Shown here piece after piece: positions 34,614 to 40,000 of a stretch of DNA of 40,000 bases; the first letter of the stretch is position 1, and each line of letters begins with the position of its first letter. Below the pieces are notes generated by a model that had not been told where the DNA came from, did not search any database, and saw only the letters and a program-made list of their open reading frames with translations. Position numbers and translations under genes: made by a program. The DNA lies in assembly GCA_965222625.1 (NCBI GenBank), contig OZ244962.1, positions 1,459,582 through 1,499,581 on the forward strand. The letters are read 5' to 3'. The DNA comes from Gammaproteobacteria bacterium (lineage in GTDB: Bacteria > Pseudomonadota > Gammaproteobacteria > PS1 > Pseudothioglobaceae).

Positions 34614-35549
34614 TTAAGGCGACAATTGTTTTTTAACTATCCAGCTTAGCTTCTCATGATTCGCATTTAACCATATTTCAGCAGCCTCATCTTCTGTCTT
34701 GTTTTCACGGTTTATCGCATAATCCAGTTCAGCAACAATTTTATTCGACAGTTTTATACGGTCAAGATGCCCGATTTCGGCCGGGGTAAACAATCGATTT
34801 AAGCTATCTTGTCGAGCGAGAAGAACTGCGCGATCTTTTCCACCGAGTAACTTTTTTGGGTCGGTCAGTTCACGGATTTTGTATCTGTTGTGCAAAAACT
34901 GAGGTTGCCAAAGCGGCACCACAACCCAGCGTTTTTCAGCAACAGCATCTTCAAAAGCGGCAACACATTCTTGCTGTGTTCCTGTTAAAAATTTGTAGCC
35001 TGAATCTGTTAATTTATATTCATCCATCATTTTAATAGAAAATCGTGTAATCCCCGCACCGGCTCCAATACCTTGAATAATCGGCGTCATTCTTTCTTTA
35101 ACAGTAGGTTTTAAAAGATCGGAAATAGTGGAGACCTCAGACTCAGGAATGTAATCTGGCACACCCCATAAGGCATATGGTTGGTAATGTAATCCTAGTT
35201 CACGAGTAGAGGCTACCTCATCAACGCTTTGTTTGTAGACACCGTGGCTGGAGGGAAGCCAGGCAGAAGCAACCATATCAATTTCACCAGAACGCAGGCG
35301 AGCAAAGTTTTCTTTATGGGGATCAAAGCTACGAATTACGGTAAAGCCCATTCTTTCCAGAATAATGGCAACAACTGCTCCTGTGGCACGGTGAAAAGAC
35401 AGATCCGTAACGCCCAGTTTGACGACTTTGTTTTCTGTTATTGGTTTGATCTGTTGTTCAGTATCACCTGCATGAACTGTAGCAATATTCAGACTAGCAG
35501 CTATTATCATAAGGTTTCTTAAATACTTAGTAATGTCCATAATATGCAT
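34614..35549 (-). CDS. Glycine-betaine/compatible-solute ABC transporter substrate-binding protein (OpuAC family), orphan cassette gene
   Basis: Signal peptide (LMIIAASLNIATVHA). OpuAC-type pattern: LGVTDLSFHRATGAVVAIILERMGF, MVASAWLPSSHG, WVVVPLWQPQFL. No permease or ATPase genes are nearby. Confidence 0.8.
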   Translation of the reverse strand: MHIMDITKYLRNLMIIAASLNIATVHAGDTEQQIKPITENKVVKLGVTDLSFHRATGAVVAIILERMGFTVIRSFDPHKENFARLRSGEIDMVASAWLPSSHGVYKQSVDEVASTRELGLHYQPYALWGVPDYIPESEVSTISDLLKPTVKERMTPIIQGIGAGAGITRFSIKMMDEYKLTDSGYKFLTGTQQECVAAFEDAVAEKRWVVVPLWQPQFLHNRYKIRELTDPKKLLGGKDRAVLLARQDSLNRLFTPAEIGHLDRIKLSNKIVAELDYAINRENKTEDEAAEIWLNANHEKLSWIVKKQLSP

Positions 35550-35605
35550 TCCCCTAATTAAGTTTTATTGTCAAATAAAGCATTGTCAGGTGCTGGGCGT
35601 TTAAC

Positions 35606-35773
35606 ACCTAACGGCGTGGCGATAACCTGCCTAGTTAAATTTATTTAGAGTTTACTCTATTTTTAAATTTCTAGGTCGGGTTGATTGGCTTGTTAGGTCG
35701 CCGCAGGCGATCTAACCAGTTAATCTATTAGCGCCACGCCGTTAGCGCCGATCGCCCTGCGGTCGGCGCTAAC
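35606..35773 (-). repeat. 168-bp conserved ORF-less attC-bearing unit, copy 5
   Basis: Same architecture. The hairpin variant GTTAGCGCCGA...TCGGCGCTAAC carries a paired A>C / T>G change, shared with copy 6. Confidence 0.9.
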
Positions 35774-35858
35774 GCCTAGCATCAGCGGAAGACAAAAGAT
35801 GCAGAGCGAGGTACGAGTGGCGCAGCTTTTGGCTGTCCGCTGGATGCTTTTGTTAGGC
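35767..35858 (-). other. attC site (92 bp, ATCAGCGG...CCGCTGGAT family)
   Basis: CGCTAACGCC-TAGCATCAGCGGAAG...GGCTGTCCGCTGGATGCTTTT-GTTAGGC. Confidence 0.75.
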
Positions 35859-35883
35859 TATTTAATGCCACGACTTTCAATAA

Positions 35884-36111
35884 CTATTTCCATGTTGACA
35901 GGTCATAGCATTGATTTATTTTTGCTTTATATCCTTCTAGGGCAATACTGCCCAGAGGAGCGTTTGATAATGACTTAATATCCATCGCTGCTACCAATTT
36001 ATTTAATTTTCCTTCATCGCATCTTTGAGATGCTGTCGACCAGCCATTGAACCACATGTATACGACATAAATTAAAATTAAAACGCCTGCTGCTACGATG
36101 TAATGTTTCAT
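35884..36111 (-). CDS. Small membrane-anchored protein (75 aa), second ORF of the attI-proximal gene cassette
   Basis: N-terminal TM (IVAAGVLILIYVVYMWF). Starts 3 nt after the upstream stop. Two Cys residues in the exported part. Confidence 0.55.
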   Translation of the reverse strand: MKHYIVAAGVLILIYVVYMWFNGWSTASQRCDEGKLNKLVAAMDIKSLSNAPLGSIALEGYKAKINQCYDLSTWK

Positions 36112-36114
36112 TAC

Positions 36115-36381
36115 TTAAACTTCCTTGCCACAATAACGACATACTGCTGCTTCACTTTTGATTATTTCGGCACAATATGGACATTTTTTATTTTCGCCAG
36201 ATGATATTTTCTTTTCTTCTACATTATTTCTGTTTTCTCCAGCTACCAGCGCGGCGATGATGCCAATTAAGGGGCTTAGTATTACGGAAAGAAGGAAGAA
36301 CCCAAAACCGGAGCGACCTTTATTGCTGGCAATTACGCCTGCGATGATGCTCAGAAAGAGCCAGAGGACAAAAATTTCCAT
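36115..36381 (-). CDS. Small membrane protein with C-terminal zinc-ribbon (88 aa), first ORF of the attI-proximal gene cassette
   Basis: Strong RBS (AAGGAGAAGTA-ATG). Two TM helices, then CPYCAEIIKSEAAVCRYCG (CxxC...CxxC). Confidence 0.7.
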   Translation of the reverse strand: MEIFVLWLFLSIIAGVIASNKGRSGFGFFLLSVILSPLIGIIAALVAGENRNNVEEKKISSGENKKCPYCAEIIKSEAAVCRYCGKEV

Positions 36382-36407
36382 TACTTCTCCTTATGTGTTG
36401 TTTTGAA

Positions 36408-36575
36408 GCCTAACGGCGTGGCGATAACCTGCCTAGTTAAATTTATTTAGAGTTTACTCTATTTTTAAATTTCTAGGTCGGGTTGATTGGCTTGTTAGGT
36501 CGCCGCAGGCGATCTAACCAGTTAATCTATTAGCGCCACGCCGTTAGCGCCGATCGCCCTGCGGTCGGCGCTAAC
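36408..36575 (-). repeat. 168-bp conserved ORF-less attC-bearing unit, copy 6, directly joined to attI
   Basis: Same architecture. Its GTTAGCG core (36569-36575, minus strand) is the junction with unique attI-side sequence, with no short attC in between. Confidence 0.9.
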
Positions 36576-36728
36576 TATTAGTATCAGGCACTATCGCCTT
36601 GATACACTGTATTAAAAACAAAATCAGGCATATTTGCATGGTTATTAGTAAAAACCTGTCAATAAGACCTGATATTGAGTATTATAAGAAAAATCTGTTA
36701 ATATTTTTCTCACACACTTTTAATACTG
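36569..36728 (-). other. attI region and divergent intI / cassette promoter region
   Basis: Unique sequence between intI and the first GTTAGCG core. Imperfect inverted repeat GTATCAGG (36581-36588) / CCTTGATAC (36597-36605) next to the core. Candidate intI promoter TTGAGT (36675-36680)-17 nt-TTAATA (36698-36703). No convincing Pc was identified. Confidence 0.6.
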
Positions 36729-37709
36729 ATGGCAATTATAACTCAAAACAAAACCTTATTACAAGAGATGCAAACACTACTGCGCAGGCAGGCTTACGCC
36801 TATGCGACAGAAAAAACCTACTTAGATTGGGCGGGTCGATTTATCAGGTTTCATCAATTAAAAAACAAACAATCTTTACTTGAAAACGCTGAACAAAAGG
36901 TTGAGGCGTATTTGACTTATTTGGCGCTTGAACAGAGCGTTGCTCCTAGCACTCAGAATCAAGCTTTAAACGCTTTGGTATTTTTATATACTAAGGTTTT
37001 ACAAAGGCCTTTGGAAGGTGTTAATGCGGCGCGTTCGCGCAAAGAGCCGCGTATTCCTGTGGTGCTTAGCAAAAAAGAAGTGGCGCAAGTGCTGAGTTTG
37101 ATTGATGGTACAGTTGGGTTGATTGTGAAGCTTTTATATGCCGGAGGTTTGCGAATTTCAGAGGCGGTGCGCCTGCGGGTGCAGGATATTGATTTTGAGT
37201 TTAAACAAATCACGGTGCGTGATGGTAAAGGCAAAAAAGACAGAGTAACGCCGTTGGCAAATAGCCTAATTATTGTGCTGCAAACACACTTAGAAAAAAT
37301 AAAAATCATTCATAATAAAGACTTAAAAGACGGCTTTGGTAGCGTGTATTTGCCTTATGCTTTGGCTAAAAAATATTCGAATGCAGATAAGGCGTTTAAT
37401 TGGCAATATGTATTTCCTAGTAGGGGTATTGCCACCGATCCGCGCACTGATATTAAAAGGCGTCATCATGTGGATCAATCGGTGATTAATAAGGCGATTA
37501 AAAGGGCGGTTAAACAATGCGATATTCACAAAAAAGTATCGGCACATGCGTTTCGCCATTCGTTTGCCACGCATTTGTTGCAAACGGGCACGGATATTCG
37601 CACTATCCAAGCCTTGCTGGGGCATAGCGATTTGCAAACCACGATGATTTACACCCATGTTTTAAAGCAAGGCGGGCAAGGGGTGGTTTCGCCGCTGGAT
37701 AAATTGTGA
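36729..37709 (+). CDS. intI: Integron integrase IntI (tyrosine recombinase with the IntI-specific insertion)
   Basis: 326 aa. Catalytic residues present: R (GGLRISEAVRL), HxxR (HAFRHSFATHLL), Y (TMIYTHV). IntI-specific extra segment: KYSNADKAFNWQYVFPSRGIATDPRTDIKRRHHVDQS. Divergent from the attC array. Confidence 0.93.
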   Translation: MAIITQNKTLLQEMQTLLRRQAYAYATEKTYLDWAGRFIRFHQLKNKQSLLENAEQKVEAYLTYLALEQSVAPSTQNQALNALVFLYTKVLQRPLEGVNAARSRKEPRIPVVLSKKEVAQVLSLIDGTVGLIVKLLYAGGLRISEAVRLRVQDIDFEFKQITVRDGKGKKDRVTPLANSLIIVLQTHLEKIKIIHNKDLKDGFGSVYLPYALAKKYSNADKAFNWQYVFPSRGIATDPRTDIKRRHHVDQSVINKAIKRAVKQCDIHKKVSAHAFRHSFATHLLQTGTDIRTIQALLGHSDLQTTMIYTHVLKQGGQGVVSPLDKL

Positions 37710-38446
37710 CTTTTTCAATGGTTGAGCTGGTTTTAGTTGGCTTGATTTTTATGTGGGCGGGGTTTGTGCGCACGGGGCTTGGGTTTGGCGGCGCAGCGCT
37801 GGGTTTGCCGCTGATGCTTTTGATTGGCGGCAGCCCGGTTTATTGGTTGCCGATTATTGGCTTGCATTTGCTATTTTTTTCATCGATGACTTTGTTTAAA
37901 TCGATTAAAAAAGTCGATTGGCCCTATTTAAAGCATTCACTGTTATGGATTATCCCGCCAACGCTTGTGGGTGTGGCCGGCTTGCTGAGTTTGCCTGATA
38001 CGGTGGTGATTATTTTTATTTATTCGATTACTATTTTTTATGCAATTACCTGGGTTTTTGATCAAAAAATTACCTCACACAAGCCTTGGGTGGACAAGTT
38101 TTTGCTAATTATGGGCGGTTATGTTGCTGGCACTTCGCTCACTGGCGCGCCGCTGATTGTGGCGGTGTATATGCGCCATGTTGACAAAGCCTATTTGCGT
38201 AATACTTTGTTTGTACTTTGGTTTATTTTGGTGAGCATTAAAATGGCAACGTTTGTACTGATAGGCGTGGCGATTGATTGGGTATTTTCGTTGTCTTTAA
38301 TCCCCATTGCAGCCATTGGCCACGTGATTGGCATTCGGACGCATCAGAAAATTATTGAAAACGATCAAGTATTCAAGCGTTGGATTGGCAGCGCTTTGTT
38401 GTTAATTAGTGGCGCAGGCTTGTTAAAAACACTATCGACACTTTAA
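37706..38446 (+). CDS. TSUP (TauE/SafE) family anion-exporter-like membrane protein
   Basis: GLGFGGAALGLPLMLL motif and ~7 TM helices. GTG 37706 overlaps the intI stop; ATG 37718 is an alternative start. Confidence 0.75.
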   Translation: MTFSMVELVLVGLIFMWAGFVRTGLGFGGAALGLPLMLLIGGSPVYWLPIIGLHLLFFSSMTLFKSIKKVDWPYLKHSLLWIIPPTLVGVAGLLSLPDTVVIIFIYSITIFYAITWVFDQKITSHKPWVDKFLLIMGGYVAGTSLTGAPLIVAVYMRHVDKAYLRNTLFVLWFILVSIKMATFVLIGVAIDWVFSLSLIPIAAIGHVIGIRTHQKIIENDQVFKRWIGSALLLISGAGLLKTLSTL

Positions 38447-38450
38447 TATT

Positions 38451-38462
38451 ACATTATAATGT
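38451..38462. promoter_or_regulatory. Perfect 12-bp palindrome ACATTATAATGT containing a TATAAT box; candidate TA promoter/operator
   Basis: Located 25-36 nt upstream of the antitoxin start. A half-site-like TACATAATG follows. The -35 assignment is weak. Confidence 0.35.
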
Positions 38463-38486
38463 TACATAATGATTTAGCAAAAGGAA

Positions 38487-38744
38487 GTGATTATGTTACA
38501 AGCAACAATGGCAGATATGCGAAAATCGATTGATTTTTTCCAAACTAATGAGGTTATTAGTATCATTAATGGCAGAAAAAAACAAGAGCTAGGTTATTTT
38601 GTGCCGACTTATTTTAAGACGGATTTTTTAAATTTTTTAAATGAGCTTGATAAAAAAAAGCGCTTACAAAACGCTATTAAAGCTGCAAATGCACAAAAAT
38701 TAGATCCGATTTCAGATGCCAGTGTTGGGGACGGCATTGAATGA
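38487..38744 (+). CDS. Type II antitoxin (family not assigned)
   Basis: 85-aa ORF preceded by AAGGAAG. 4-nt ATGA overlap with the MazF/PemK-like toxin gene. ATG 38493 is an alternative start. Confidence 0.65.
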   Translation: MIMLQATMADMRKSIDFFQTNEVISIINGRKKQELGYFVPTYFKTDFLNFLNELDKKKRLQNAIKAANAQKLDPISDASVGDGIE

Positions 38745-39073
38745 ATCTTAACCAAGGTGACATCTATTTAGTTAATTTTGACCCTGTTAAAAAAGGCGAG
38801 ATGGGCAAATTAAGACCCGCTATTATTTTAAGTGACAATCAAGATTCAACTTTATTTGCAACGGTTGTTGTCATGCCACTTTCGAGTATTGTCATTAAAG
38901 ATAATATGCCTTATCGATATACTATTAGCAAACGCGCTAAGCTAAAAAAAGACTCGGATGCTTGTATTTATGAAATTCGCTCATTGTCAAAATCAAGAGT
39001 TAAAGAGAAAATTGCAAGCATTGATACCAATGAGTTAAATGACATTCGCCAAGCACTACATAGCCTATTATGA
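38741..39073 (+). CDS. Type II toxin, PemK/MazF family endoribonuclease
   Basis: [27 protein letters not shown]...VVVMPLSS...IRSLSKSRV pattern, 110 aa. Confidence 0.85.
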   Translation: MNLNQGDIYLVNFDPVKKGEMGKLRPAIILSDNQDSTLFATVVVMPLSSIVIKDNMPYRYTISKRAKLKKDSDACIYEIRSLSKSRVKEKIASIDTNELNDIRQALHSLL

Positions 39074-39645
39074 ATGAATATGTTTTAATTTTAGTTAGCA
39101 CCATCTTGGTTAATAACTTTGTATTGGTAAAATTTTTGGGTTTATGTCCTTTTATGGGCGTATCAAAAAAAGTTGAAACCGCTATTGGCATGGGTTTTGC
39201 CACCACATTCGTGCTTACTTTGGCAAGCATTTCTAGCTACTTAATCAATACTTATATTTTGGTGCCATTTGATATGGAATATTTGCGCACCATTGCTTTT
39301 ATTGTCACCATTGCGGGCGTGGTAGGCTTTACCGAGCTGGTGGTTAATAAAACCTCGCCGGTATTGCACCAATCATTAGGCGTATTTTTACCGTTGATTA
39401 CCACCAATTGCGCCGTACTTGGCGTGGCGTTATTAAACGTTAATCAAGATAACGGGTTTTTAGCATCAGCGGTGTACGGCTTTGGCGCAGCAGTTGGGTT
39501 TTCTTTTGTTTTGGTATTGTTTTCAGCCATTCGTGAGCGTATTGATGCAGCTGATGTGCCGGATGCATTTAAAGGCGCGCCCATTGCTTTGATTACTGCG
39601 GGGCTTATGTCTATGGCCTTTATGGGATTTATTGGGCTGGCCTAA
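39070..39645 (+). CDS. rnfA: Rnf/Rsx electron-transport complex subunit A
   Basis: [42 protein letters not shown]...[17 protein letters not shown], 191 aa, full-length pattern. Confidence 0.93.
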   Translation: MNEYVLILVSTILVNNFVLVKFLGLCPFMGVSKKVETAIGMGFATTFVLTLASISSYLINTYILVPFDMEYLRTIAFIVTIAGVVGFTELVVNKTSPVLHQSLGVFLPLITTNCAVLGVALLNVNQDNGFLASAVYGFGAAVGFSFVLVLFSAIRERIDAADVPDAFKGAPIALITAGLMSMAFMGFIGLA

Positions 39646-39723
39646 TTATGGGATTATTAAATATAGAAAATATAATTTACACCCCTCAAGGGAGTGCTAA
39701 AAAAAGTCAACCCATAAAGCAGC

Positions 39724-39814
39724 GTGTTTTTCATATAAAAATTTGCACCCGTCAAGCGAGTATTAAAAAGAATCAAATAATTGGCTATTCTTCTCGTTTT
39801 TATATGAAAAACAC
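39724..39814. repeat. 18-bp perfect inverted repeat (GTGTTTTTCATATAAAAA / TTTTTATATGAAAAACAC) with a 55-nt loop in the rnfA-rnfB spacer
   Basis: Arms at 39724-39741 and 39797-39814, verified base by base. The loop contains one of two ~36-bp direct repeats (39675-39710 and 39741-39776). Confidence 0.85.
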
Positions 39815-39862
39815 ACTAGTTTCTAAACTTACTAAACCACACTTTCTATATTCAACAGCCCC

Positions 39863-40000
39863 ATGATAGAGTCCGTTGTTATTTTTTCTGCTTTAACTTT
39901 ATTGCTTGGATCGATTTTGGGTTACGCAGCGATTCGTTTTAAAGTTAAAGGCAATCCACTGGTTGATCAAATTGACGCAATTTTGCCGCAAACCCAATGC
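39863..40000 (+). CDS. rnfB: Rnf/Rsx electron-transport complex subunit B, N-terminal 46 codons (continues beyond window)
   Basis: Manual translation gives [46 protein letters not shown], the typical RnfB N-terminus with membrane anchor and the first Cys of the cluster motif. Confidence 0.85.
   Translation, partial: MIESVVIFSALTLLLGSILGYAAIRFKVKGNPLVDQIDAILPQTQC

Noticed and set aside
28658-36575. Regularly recurring identical repeats could be mistaken for a CRISPR array
   Set aside because: The repeats are 168 bp, far beyond CRISPR repeat size. The intervals are 0.7-3 kb and contain genes. The repeats carry RYYYAAC/GTTRRRY cores and sit next to an integron integrase. No cas genes are present.
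36576-36728. Searched for a LexA box (CTGT-N8-ACAG) and a strong Pc promoter in the intI-attI region
   Set aside because: Only poor matches were found (CTGTATTAAAAACAAA at ~36607-36622; TTGACA on the minus strand at 36662-36657 with no acceptable -10 at 16-18 nt). No SOS-box or Pc call is justified.
39648-39866. 72-aa ORF between rnfA and rnfB
   Set aside because: No Shine-Dalgarno sequence. The product is Lys/Ser/Ile-rich with no recognisable fold. The ORF spans the inverted and direct repeats, and its stop overlaps the rnfB start. It is more likely non-coding structured DNA/RNA.

Overview
Low-GC chromosomal segment with gammaproteobacterial-type housekeeping genes (dbpA, rnfA/rnfB). All calls come from reading the sequence and ORF track by eye; no searches were run.

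(1) 1-8.8 kb holds a membrane-protein fragment, the DEAD-box helicase dbpA, membrane proteins, a 924-aa DUF748/AsmA-like envelope protein carrying a perfect in-frame 24-bp tandem repeat, and an NHL-like beta-propeller protein.

(2) A decayed IS3-family element (8873-10203) and an IS256-family element (25808-27186) bracket a ~15-kb, visibly AT-rich surface-glycan locus. It encodes an MBOAT O-acyltransferase plus partner and a Wzz/PCP co-polymerase split over two frames, with two long internal tandem-repeat arrays. It also encodes a CBS+PMI-type cupin, an animal-type nonulosonate-9-phosphate synthase and a CMP-transferase::HAD-phosphatase fusion. The rest are a Wzy-like protein, a GT-B-like protein, a MurJ/Wzx-like flippase, an HpcH-like aldolase, a PglC-type initiating transferase and an AsnB-like amidotransferase.

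(3) 27.2-37.7 kb is a chromosomal integron: intact intI (+), attI, and a minus-strand array of about 10 gene cassettes with heterogeneous short attC sites. Six 168-bp, >=95% identical, ORF-less attC-bearing units are interleaved with the cassettes, and the first abuts attI directly. This is the most unusual structure in the window. Several cassettes are pseudogenised. One boundary carries a decayed REP/RAYT (Y1 transposase) remnant that the ORF track misses. The distal end of the array is cut by the IS256.

(4) The right end holds a TSUP permease, a MazF/PemK toxin-antitoxin pair whose stop codon overlaps the rnfA start, a structured 217-bp rnfA-rnfB spacer, and the 5' end of rnfB.
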